Shown one piece after another: positions 1-9,815 of a stretch of 18,219 nt of DNA. Position 1 is the first letter of the stretch; each line of letters begins with the position of its first letter. The stretch comes from Kudoa neothunni. Taxonomy: Eukaryota; Animalia; Cnidaria. A program made the position numbers and the translations under genes. The notes under the pieces are model-generated. The model made no database searches. It saw only the letters and a program-made list of their open reading frames with translations, and was not told where the DNA came from. Where the stretch lies: NCBI GenBank assembly GCA_964304625.1, contig OZ199841.1, forward strand, positions 1-18,219, given 5' to 3'.

Positions 1-1250
1 GGCATAACAAAAGTCATTGGCCTATTCTATGGCATCCTTTCGTATCGCCACAGGAACCATAAGCCTCAAAGTCTTAAAGCTCGTGGTTAGAAGATAGAAT
101 CCGAACTGTCTTACAACGTTCTAAACTCAGATCATGACCTCGTTTAAGCGTCGAACAGACGTTCCAATACGTGGTTCTAACCACGATGGATGAGGAGTCC
201 AACATCGAAGTAGCAGAGGCTTTAGCCTCTTGCCCTATTGCCCCTTAGTTCCTTTTGTAACAAACTCCAATAAAGGATCCAGATCAACATAAAGGAGTTT
301 TTCTTCACATCATAGTGAAGCCTCACCCCAGGAAAAACGTTGATCTAGGAGTGATTCTGACTTCCAGAGTGTCGTTCAAGGAATAAGGGACTACTCCTCC
401 CTCAACCTATCCAGGATGTGTTCATCCTGGCCATTGTTTCACGAGGCCTTTTCAGTAAAGGACTGGCATCGTCAATACTTCCCTGGTTGCCAATGAAACA
501 ACAAGAAACTAAGGTACATTGGCACAGTCAAGATACTGCTGCCAGTAGAGGACTTTGGCAGTACTGGGCACTAAGCCTTTCTAACACCTATGTTTTTAGA
601 AAACAGGCGTGCCAGTTGTTGCCAAGTTCACTAAAAAGGACGTCGTACCAGGCAGACTTCATTGACACCTACAGCTGTCATCGATCAAAACAGGAAGCTA
701 AAGGAGCCTAAGAAGATCGTTACTCCACCCAACCTTTTCCTCTCCAAGGAAATGGAGGGTTCTGTTAAGAAAAAGGAACTCTTATTAGGCAAAAAGATCC
801 AGGACTGGGACGATGCCTTAGCTGTCTTTGTGCCCAGGACAGGATCTATTGCTATCACCAGGTTAGCCCTATGGCTCCGCCTAGTTCACCTTTTCCCTTA
901 CGGAACCGGTGCAGAAGAACAAGTCCATCTTCACTCCAGATCCATTAGGACTCATGGTGCAAAAGAGGAATGTTTTTCCTGTTCACAGAAAACCTGGTCT
1001 AGTTGCTTAGGATTTTCTAGAAAGCTTAATTGTCAGATGACAAGGAACGTCAAGCTAAAGAGGCATCTTCCTCATAAGCTTTATTCGCAACGTCCAGGAA
1101 AGAACTCCAGGAAACCTATAAGGATCGGAGTGTCTTGGTCTTGTTGGGACCTCATTCCCTAGGGAAAGATTTGCCCTAGGCTAAACGTCTTAACCCAGCG
1201 TCATAAAAACTACAGCAGGAATGACGATTACGCTAGGAACAGAAAAGGAG
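1..1250 (-). rRNA. rnl: Mitochondrial large-subunit rRNA, highly divergent; ends approximate
   Basis: Minus strand has domain V motifs TACTTCGATGTTGG (199-212) and GTCTGTTCGACGCTTAAA...ATGATCTGAGTTTAGAACGTTGTAAGACAGTTCGG (~101-161), a P-loop CTGGGGTGAG (~322-331), a 16Sar-type site CGCCTGTTTTCTAAAAACAT (590-609) and CCGTAAGGGAAA (~892-903). Confidence 0.93.
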
Positions 1251-1259
1251 TGGCCCATC

Positions 1260-1800
1260 TAGGCCAAAAGGAGATGGTTCCCCATTTCCTACCATGTTTC
1301 GACTTACTAGGGCTTTCACCCCAGGTGACGAGCAATGAGTCCCTTAGGAGGTCTGTTCACCTTGGTCCCATTAAAACCGAGATTACTCTCCAGTTCTAGA
1401 GCATAAAGGTTACACCCTATGCTCCAGCCCATGGTGAAATCTTCCCACATGCCATGTCACCAAGCTTCCTCAAGAAACTTGAGAAAGAAGTGGGCCATGC
1501 AACCTGTGTTAAAAAGAAGTAAGATTTAACGGTTTATCGGGACACCAGGGAACTGGACCAGCCACAATGTCCGAAGTCTAGGAAGTTTATTCTTCACAAG
1601 AGGCCCATCTTTTGTTCCCGGTACACCATAGACTACTTGATTTCCCTGGAAGAACCAAGGGAAAAAGTATCCTTTATCCACCTCCTAAAGCAAGAGAGTT
1701 TCATTTGTGTTACCGCTTAAGCTGGCACAACATTGAAACAACGTATACTTTAATGGCGCTTTCCATATCAAAACCTATGGTGTGTGGGCTAAAATAGTCC
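1260..1800 (-). rRNA. rns: Mitochondrial small-subunit rRNA, short and divergent; ends approximate
   Basis: Minus strand has a 530-loop variant GTGCCAGCTTAAGCGGTAA (~1710-1728), an h44 5' strand variant GGACTCATTGCTCGTCACC (~1324-1342), and AAGTCGAAACATGGTAGG followed by an h45-like hairpin (~1268-1305). Confidence 0.88.
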
Positions 1801-1809
1801 CAACACACT

Positions 1810-1877
1810 CCATTAAAGTTCCTCACAACCTCACCACATCAGAGGTTTTATGAGGAAATCACCATTAAAGTTCCTCA
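1810..1877. repeat. 16-bp direct repeat CCATTAAAGTTCCTCA (1810-1825, 1862-1877) around an imperfect hairpin (1819-1857) at the ORF141/rns junction
   Basis: Both copies are read directly; TTCCTCACAACCTC can pair with GAGGTTTTATGAGGAA. Confidence 0.8.
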
Positions 1878-2273
1878 GGACTTTCTCCACAAAGGAGTTT
1901 TACATTTGCTTGCCAATAAGCTTATGGGGAAAATAAGGCACAAAGTTGCCAATATACCCCATGAGCTATTGGAAACCATAGAAAGGAAAATCCCATCTTG
2001 GTTTGTTAAAGATGCTGGGCAATAAGGAAGACCAGTTAGAGCAGAAGACAAAGCAACCTGGAAAGAAGACAAACTGCTTACAGCAGATGTCAGAAGCTTA
2101 TGGCCACAAGAAGCCACAAGCCAGGAAAAGGACAAAGACTCTAACAGGACTATAAGAGCCCAGCTGGAGTCCAGGAATAAAAGAATGGACGGAATGATTC
2201 ATCAAACTAAGGATGAGGATTGAAGGAAAACAAATAAGACCCATGGAAACAATCCTCATAGGATTGTTTTCAT
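1848..2273 (-). CDS. Unassigned hydrophobic ORF, 141 aa (code 4)
   Basis: ATG at 2273 to TAA at 1848, reading through in-frame TGA. Protein MKTILWGLFPWVLFVFLQSSSLVWWIIPSILLFL...WRKSWGTLMVISS. Same strand and composition as the neighbouring genes. Confidence 0.6.
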
Positions 2274-2314
2274 GGGTCTTTTTTGTTTAAAATGGACAAG
2301 CTATAGGAAAACTC

Positions 2315-2626
2315 CTATAGTGGGGTTTTCATGGTAAAAGTCAGCAGAAAACAAGAAAAACTGACTAAAATACCATGAAACATGGAGGAGGATAAGGAAC
2401 TGCTTTCCAAAAGAAGAAGGAGGAAATCACTACGCAAGAGGGCACCATAGAACAGAGCCATATGGCAAGATAGTCCATGATTTCCTCTACTTCCTAAGGA
2501 AGATCCTTCTACCAATGCTGGAATTACCCATCCAGAAGTTGATCACATTCTCCAGTAAATCCTATGATTTATTCCTCAGAATAAGAAAGTTATGAGGAAA
2601 GATCATAGGATCCAGGCAATCAACAC
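2315..2626 (-). CDS. 103-aa membrane protein, possible divergent NADH dehydrogenase subunit 3
   Basis: GTG start overlaps the cox1 TAG (TAGTG). It has an N-terminal TM helix, a loop VEGSSLGSRG resembling the ND3 YECGFDPLGSAR loop, then a helix with an Asp (ALLRSDFLLLL) and a third hydrophobic segment. Confidence 0.55.
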
Positions 2627-4002
2627 TACAGGAAAACTAAGTAAGTGATGATTGCTATGGTAGCAATAATACAGCCTAAGTAGCCTGGAATAAGGAAACC
2701 ATTAGACTCATAAAGCATACTAGGAACTCGTCTAGGGATTCCTAGGAGACCTGCTCCATACAAAGGCAGAAATAGAGCCATGGTTCCCACAGTAAAAAGA
2801 AGAAGGGAACCATTATGGCTCACCATTCCTAGCCAATGTACTCCACAAGCAAAGGCTAAAAAGGCTGATATAGCCATTACCTGGTGGAAGTGAGCAACCA
2901 CAAAGTAGGTATCGTGTAACAGAATATCTGCTGTAGATGAGGAAAGCATAATTCCTGTTAAACCTCCTCCTACAAATGTGGAAAGGAAACACAGCAGAGG
3001 TAAAAGGATAGGACGAGTCTCTAGGCTACCAGATCTTACGCTAACAAGTCAACTGTAGACTTTTATGCCAGTAGGAACTGCAATAGCCATAGTTCCTGAG
3101 GAAAAGAGCAGTTTCACTTCTAGCTCTAAGTCCACAGTAAACATGTGGTGCGCATAGACTAAGTAGCCTAAGACTCCTAGACAAGATACCGAGGAAATCA
3201 GTCCTTCCTTACCATATAGGCCCGAACTGGCCTCCAGTGAAGCAGACAACACTCCAAAGGAAGGCAGAATCACCACGTAGACCTCAGGATGTCCAAAGAA
3301 TCAGAAAAGTAACTGGTACAATATAGGATCTCCTCCTCCTGAGGGATCAAACCAGGAACTACTGGTTGTTCTATCTAGCAAAATACCTAATAAGCCTAAG
3401 GCTAAAGCAGGAATTGTGCCAATGAACAACACAGCAGCAACGAATTGAGATCATACAAAAAGACTCAATTCTTTACGAGAGAAAGGAAGGAGAAGGAGGC
3501 GGAAAGAGACTACAGCATTACTGCTGCCTGCTCCACTGGCAATGCCTAGAGCATGAATTCCAGCAATAATCACATCAATAGATGTTCCATGCTGAAGTGA
3601 AGCTAAAGGAGGATACATGGTTCATCCTGGACTCCATCCTCCAGGCAACCAGAAGATCACCAGCATTGCTGTAGCTCATTCCACACCCAAGAGGCCCCCT
3701 ATATTAACCCGAGGTCAAATAAAATCCCATGTTCCAGTTTGGCCAGGAAATCATCAGTTAAGGAAACCTTGGCCAATTGGAACAAGAACCAGGAATACAA
3801 ACACCAGGCCATGAGCTGTTAAAAGAGAACAGTAAATTTCCTCAGTAGTTTGTCCATGAGGAAAGCTTATTTCTGCTCTAATGAAACAGGAACATGATGA
3901 AGCCAAAATAGAGGCTAAAAAGGATATTCTCCAATATCCTATAGCCACTATTTTAGCTGAAAGAGAACTGGAAAAGGAAGCAGAAAGCAAGCTAAAGGAC
4001 AC
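2626..4002 (-). CDS. cox1: Cytochrome c oxidase subunit I, 458 aa
   Basis: Track ORFs 3754-4002, 3049-3276 and 2626-2949 join in one frame via TGA=Trp. Motifs: TAHG, [58 protein letters not shown]. GTG start, TAG stop. Confidence 0.98.
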
Positions 4003-4204
4003 AAACTAGCCATAGGCTAGTTAACATCATCAGAGACAGAGGAAAAGGATCTGATAAGATTCCTCATGCCAAATAGGATAAAAAGGTTCCAGCAACCATT
4101 ACTTTTGCCAAAGGAACAAGAATCCTTATTAAAGATAAGGTTCTTGCCCAATAAAGCAAAAGTAAAAGGAGCAGAACCAAAGGAAAAAGAAGGCATGATA
4201 ACAA
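3992..4204 (-). CDS. Unassigned 70-aa very hydrophobic ORF (nad4L-sized, about three TM segments)
   Basis: TTG start 2 nt after the previous stop. Protein MLSCLLFPLVLLLLLLLYWARTLSLIRILVPLAKVMVAGTFLSYLAWGILSDPFPLSLMMLTSLWLVCVL. Its TAG overlaps the cox1 5' end. Confidence 0.5.
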
Positions 4205-4206
4205 GC

Positions 4207-4563
4207 CTAGGCTAGGATGAATTTCCCTGTTCTTAACAGGAAAACAGCCAGGCCAACAAAAGTTTGTATTAAAAGGACAATAAGGGATTTGATTTTAAGG
4301 AAACTTTTCTGGTCCTCAGGACATCCCGTGGTCTCCGTGGGATGCAGCCGGAATCGTAGTGTTGACACTATGGGAACTGGACATAGTGCCACTCCGACGT
4401 AAGGACTTAGGAGGCTTGAAAAGAATGATGCGAGGCAAAAGGCTAGGATTATTTTACCATCCACCCATTCCTCACAACAGAAGAAAATCAGACTGAAGCA
4501 AACAATTGCTCAAGCTCAAGAGAGCAAATGTCCCTCAGTCTTAAAGGAAAAGATTGTGATCAA
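4207..4563 (-). CDS. Unassigned ~118-aa membrane ORF downstream of cox2 (weak atp6 resemblance)
   Basis: Track ORF 4207-4464 extends upstream through two TGA codons to TTG 4563, in the cox2 frame. The C-terminal part contains PIVSTLRF and IVLLIQTFV. Start uncertain. Confidence 0.55.
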
Positions 4564-4578
4564 TGGGGGATCGTAAGA

Positions 4579-5199
4579 CTAAATGATTACAACATTTATG
4601 GCCATTAAGGCATGATAAGCCCCACATATCTCATAGCAGGCCCCAGTAAAAGATCCAGACACACAAGGCAAAAGAGTGTCTAACGTGATGTGTCCAGGAA
4701 TGACGTCCATTTTAACACCAAGATCTGGTAAAGATCAGGAATGAATGACGTCTAAAGAGTCTCCCATCACCAGAACTGGTCTGTGGGCAGAAAGGAAACA
4801 AGGGCTACAGGATTGTTGCAAAAACTGCCCATCACTCTGCTGACGAGACAAAAGGATTTCTTCCCAAACTAAAGAGGATTTGGAATATTGCCAAAACCAC
4901 TGTTGTCCACGGATATGTCAAACCTCAGTTGAGCCTTCATGACAGAAAAAGTGAAAGAAAGGTTCAACTCCAGGAATGACATATGCCAGGACCACTGAGG
5001 TAATTGGACAAATTACCAGGGAATCAAGTTTGGCTAAGAAAGGGCTATGCATGCCAATGGCCAATATGTTGTTCCTCATAAAAGCCATTGCCAGCATAAT
5101 GCTGGAAAGCCAAAGGACAAGGAGTGCCACCGCATAAAGGGAGGAATGAAGCACATTCCAGAACAGAAGAGGAAGCAATCCATGTTTATAGAAAAACAA
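4579..5199 (-). CDS. cox2: Cytochrome c oxidase subunit II, 206 aa
   Basis: Track ORF 4918-5199 continues through TGA to GQQWFWQY, DVIHSW, GVKMDVIPG and the CuA motif CYEICGAYHALM. TAG stop at 4579. Confidence 0.96.
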
Positions 5200-6202
5200 G
5201 GCTAAGAAGAACTGCTAAAGAGAACCAGGACTGTCCATAATCTTCCCAAAGGAAAGATTTGTTCACAGAGGGAATATATTTGTAACCGATTTTTACAAAT
5301 ATAAACAAGTAGGCTAAAAAAGCCCACAAAAGGAAAGTTGAAGCAATTATGCTGTCTTCCAAGGAAGTTTTCACTTTTCACACAAAGGAAAAAGGAAATC
5401 CTCCAAGGAGTCCAGCTATAAGACTTCAACTTAGGCTTTTTTGCCCTTGTGAACAAGCAAAAAGGAAAGATTTGGACAGACCATGGAAAATGCCATAGAG
5501 AAGAGAAAACCTAGGATCTCATGGCAAGAGGACATGGCAGATGTTCACAGAGAATGCAGTGCTTCAAGCCAGTATCCTTTTCCCATGAGACTCACGAAGA
5601 AGAAAATAAAGATGTCAAAGTGAGGAAGGAAGGAAAAGGATAATTGTTCCCTCCACAAATCTTAGCCAGAAAACTCCTTCTAACAATAGAGCTGTGGTCA
5701 AATAAAGACCACTAGCTACTATGGTGAGGGAGTGGACTAGGCTAGACATGGTGGCCACACCCTTCATAGCAGAAAGAAGCCATGATGAAAAAGGAAACAT
5801 TAGACTTTTTACAGAAAGGCTCAGGAAACAAATAAGGGAGTGGACCGGGGACATTGTTTTCCTAGGGAACACTAGGGATAATTTCCATTCCTGGTCAGCA
5901 TCTGCACTAATGCAAAATAAAGCACTAAAGCAGAAGAAAGTGGAAAGAGTGCTATGGACAATCATACTGGCTAAAGCGTTCCCAGTAGGCACTGTAGGCC
6001 TTCTGCCCACTATGGCCTGTGAGGAAAATCCCATCATGGATCATGATAGGCACAATCAGACAAAGTGGTCAGCTGAATAGAACAAGACAGCTGAACCACT
6101 AAGCAAGATGTACCATCATACCACTAGGGAAATTTTCCTCACCAGGACACAAAGGGTGGAAATAGCCCACAGTGCCAAAAGGAAACACAAAAGGGAAAGC
6201 AA
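5186..6202 (-). CDS. nad5: NADH dehydrogenase subunit 5, truncated (~338 aa)
   Basis: Single code-4 frame with ND5 signatures KSLMFPFSSWLLSAMKGVATMSSLVHSLTIVASGLYL (cf. KSAQFPFHSWLPxAMEGPTPVSALLHSSTMV), KRILAWST and HGLSKSFLF. TTG start inferred, TAA stop. Confidence 0.88.
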
Positions 6203-6212
6203 TTGTTCACTT

Positions 6213-6911
6213 TTAGCCTGGTATTCTTGCCAGGAGCATTAGTGCTGAAAGCACCAGGCAAATGGAAATTGCACCAGGAAGTGTAATGAGGAAAACATGG
6301 CACTGCACTAGGGCTTTAGCCCACCATAAGAAAAACCAAGGATGCCCTAAGGATCCTATGGAAAAAGTCTCTATTGGGACAAGAAAGTATGTGCTAATGT
6401 GGAGGCACATTAACCATCATGGAGAAAATCCTGATGCTCCCAGGACAAACAGAAAAGAATCTTGGACTCATCACACCATAAGCCAACTTCCACTCTGGAC
6501 ATGATTTTCACAAGAATCCCTATGTTGAGTGAGGAACAAAAGAACCAATAATGGAAAAGTTCCTCAAGCAAATAGGGAAAGGAGTGAAAAAGAGACATGA
6601 AAGAAGTGGCTTAGGATGTACTGGTCCAGGATAAGAACAAAGGACTTTACCAGGGAAGAGTAGAGAACATAATTCCTCACTCTTCTTCCTGGAAAAGTTG
6701 TCCTGGACAAAAGGAAGGCTAAAAGGAATGATGGACTCGTGCCAAGAAGAAGCACAAGATACAATGCATAAAGGCTATAAAGGCTGCTAACAATGTAAAG
6801 AAGCATTAGGGTTTCCTTAAGCAACAATAGGAAGAAAACCCAGGATTGCTGATCTTTTCTAGATCAGCTTAAACCGGATAATGCTGACCAATAGGACACT
6901 GTGTCAGCCAT
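6213..6911 (-). CDS. 232-aa polytopic membrane ORF, possible nad2/nad4-type complex I subunit
   Basis: Track ORFs 6564-6827 and 6213-6410 join via TGA. ATG 6911 overlaps the nad1 stop (TAATG); the frame is also open up to TTG 6998. Weak motifs: SSLVKS, LMCLH, GSLGHPWFFLWWAK. Confidence 0.65.
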
Positions 6912-7825
6912 TAATAGCCAAGATGCATTGCATCAGGAGCTCCCTGAAAGCAATAAGAAAATCAAGCCTGGAAGACTTCAAGCCAACAAAGGAAACAATC
7001 TTCCCTAGCCAAATTAAAAGATACCAAAAGGGATCAAGAAAATATGGCCCAGGGAAGTTGCCACCAGAGCATGTTGGCTAAAGCCTGGAAAGAGTATCGT
7101 GGCAAAAGTCCCCTTAGGATAAAGAGGGTTATAGTGTGGCTTATAATAGCTCACTTCATTAAGAGACAAAAGGAAATAAAGTGAATCAATCATCGGTATT
7201 CCAGCACAGCAAACCATAGGAAGCTGAAACCTCCATAGATCACTCCAAACCCTCCTCCTAGATCTGATTCTGATTCAGGAATGTCTCAAGGGTGTCTTTC
7301 ACCAATGCACATCATGAGGAAAGACATCCCAAGACCAGGAAAGGCTATCCAGGACAAAAGTACTAAGGAGTCTTTCTCCATCATAAAAAGGCCATCAAGA
7401 ATTATGATGAAAGCAAGACAGAAAAGTACAAAGGAAAAGATGCCTTCCCCAAGGAACATCAGAATCCGGATCCTAGATCGTCCTAATGGACTGTAGCCAC
7501 GGAACCGGCTAGAGGAAAGGAGCATTAGGGAGCCACTTGTACCCAATAGAGCTAAGATAGCCAATCCAGGATCTAGGCAGTAAGGGAGAAAAGACAAAGG
7601 AATGGTTTCCAAACCAAGTGCTAAAAAAGCCATAATCAAAGAACTATAAGAGATTCATGGGTTTTTAGCACAAAGTTTAAAACCATCACTGGCTAATGTC
7701 AAAAATCCATAGCCAATGAGAGGTCCTGTTCTACCCATAACTAAGCCTAGAAACCGTCTGTCCACAAAGGATCCTAGGCCGGAACAAAGTGCTAAAAGAG
7801 CTAGAACCAAGGAAAAGGAAATCAA
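6911..7825 (-). CDS. nad1: NADH dehydrogenase subunit 1, 304 aa
   Basis: Motifs DRRFLGLVMGRTGP...ASDGFKL, YSPLGRSR, ERHPWDIPESESDLGGGFGVIYGG...LEY and LRGLLPRY match ND1 conserved blocks. TTG 7825 to TAA 6911. Confidence 0.93.
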
Positions 7826-8833
7826 TTGTTTTCCTGTGGTTCAAGCTCCTGGTGATCATGAAACCTAGGTTTCATGAGCGGATTAGCACTTTGTATCCAG
7901 GTAGTTTCTGGAGTGGGCTTAGCCCTAGGGTACCAGGACGGGAGTGCTCATTTCCACATCGAAGATGCGGAAAGGCACGGAGGATTTTGATCATGAAGAA
8001 GGGCTCACAGCACAGGAGCTACAATATACTTCTTAGCCATAATAAACCATATGGCGAGAAGCATATTTAGCTCAAGCTTAGCAAGCTCAACTTCATGATC
8101 CGGGAGCGTGCTCTATTTCCTTAGTCTAGCAATAGCCCTATTTGGCTATTCGCTGACTGAAGGAAATATGGCACGCTGAGGAATGACGGTAGTAACTTCT
8201 GTAGTCTTGAGTCTTCCAGCTGGAGAATCTATTTTGCCTGTTATCGTAGGAGACTATGGAATCTCCAGTTTAATCCTTCCTAGAGTCTATGCACTCCACT
8301 TCCTATTGGGGCTAATTAGCCCAATAGTAGTGGTGTGACACTCTCTAGAAGTCCACCATAACGAATCTAGTACAGAATTGGGCACTAGAATAGGCCCATC
8401 TGGAAAAGATTTCGCTAGTGGGGGAGGGATGAAGGATCTACTGGTAACAGCCTTCACCACAATTCTTCTGCTAAAAGGCTTTGACGATTCGTCTATTCTG
8501 TGAGGCCTAATTGAAGACATGAATGCCAATGACTGGCCTCAACAGAACAAGACTCCAGAACCAATAGGCCCAGAATGGTACATTTTACCCTACTTCGCTG
8601 GTCTAAAACTCACTAACATTTATGCCATTCTGGCATCGTTAGTGGCCATCATAGGGGCCTATTTGTTACGAGGAGGGCCTTGAAGCATCTTAGGCATCAT
8701 ACTAGGCTGAAGCTGTTTTATCTTAGGCAAATTAGCATTAACAGCTCATGAAAGCTTAGAGGAAGTTTATCTGATCGCTTTCATTCTCCTCTGGACAAGT
8801 TGGACATGCTGATCTTACCGAAGAGAAAGCTAG
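7826..8833 (+). CDS. cob: Cytochrome b, 335 aa
   Basis: Code-4 frame with WNLGFMSG, RAHSTGA...NHMARS, GYSL...WGMTV, ALHFLL...WHSLEVH and TPEPIGPEWY. All four heme His are present. TTG start, TAG stop. Absent from the ORF track because of TGA codons. Confidence 0.96.
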
Positions 8834-8865
8834 CTTTTAGCCTAACTTGCCTAAGAAGCTTCAAG

Positions 8866-9053
8866 GTTGGAATAAAACCATCCTAAAGGATGGTTTTATA
8901 AAGGAAATTCCTCCTTTAAATCTTTACCTTTTATGAGGAAAGTTTTAAAGGAGCGGAGTAAAACCTCCCCTATGGGGAGGTTTTACAATGGATTTTTTTC
9001 CTGGAATAAAACATTCCTGAGGAAGGTTTTATAGGGGAGCCTCTTATTCCAAC
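8866..9053. repeat. Cluster of four related hairpins directly after cob, enclosed by a 10-bp inverted repeat
   Basis: ATAAAACCATCC-TAAA-GGATGGTTTTAT (8872-8899), CTCCTTTAAA...TTTAAAGGAG (~8911-8953), GTAAAACCTCCCC-TAT-GGGGAGGTTTTAC (8958-8986), ATAAAACATTCC-TGA-GGAAGGTTTTAT (9006-9032). Outer arms GTTGGAATAA / TTATTCCAAC. Confidence 0.85.
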
Positions 9054-9815
9054 TGCGCCCCATCCACCCCAAGGATTTATTTTAATAAAACTTTGTCTTT
9101 ATCTTCGTCCGCCTTGTCTCACTGGGGCAAAGGATCCTAGCAGGAGCCCCAACCACCCGCAGGTCTCTTTATTCCGTCCAGGAGTAAGAAAACCCGGGTC
9201 GGAGGGTCTTGAAGGATCCAAAAAGGTCCTTATTTGGTCAACATATGGGGTTTTTCCACCCATGTCAGAAAATGGAGTAAGAATAAGCACTTTACAGCCT
9301 AAAGTCTTATTCTTACTATGGGGGAGACACACCCATAAGTTGACCGTCATAAGGTCAATTCCCACCGTTCCGGCTTAGACGGGGCAAAGACGTCTCGGCA
9401 GAGACACTGCCCCGCCTCTGCCTAAAATACATTTTAATATTTCATAAATAATGCATTTTAGGCTCGAGGTAGGGGTACCTGTAAAGAATGTGTCTTACAG
9501 TCTTTACCTTGGCTAAACGGAGTTCCACTGTTACGACACAGGAACAGGTCCCTAGGCTTACAGTCCTCATTTGTCCCACATGGAATGGAGCCAGGAACCT
9601 TCGGTGTCGGATGGCAGGTAGGGTAGACCAGTCAGGCTACATCTCCTCCATCGCCTATGCCATGCGCGGAAAACTTAGTTCCGCTCTGAAAGGAGGTCAT
9701 GCCGATCCAAACTTATCCGATTCCTTTATGAACGACTGTGATTTGTGCAGACATGAGGAGGAGGAATGCAATAACGTGTCCGACATGATCAAACAAATTC
9801 CCATTCTGTGAACTT

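Noticed and set aside
418-1797. Plus-strand track ORFs 418-711, 662-1162 and 1612-1797
   Set aside because: They are antisense to rnl/rns and have no recognisable motifs.
6213-6998. cox3 assignment for the ORF between nad1 and nad5 (261 aa if started at TTG 6998)
   Set aside because: The length fits, but SPWP, SEV, GFHG and YWHFVD motifs are all absent.
3617-8529. Opposite-strand or off-frame track ORFs over cox1, nad5, nad1 and cob (e.g. 5721-6080, 7789-8070, 8287-8529)
   Set aside because: They are shadows of real code-4 genes on the other strand or frame.
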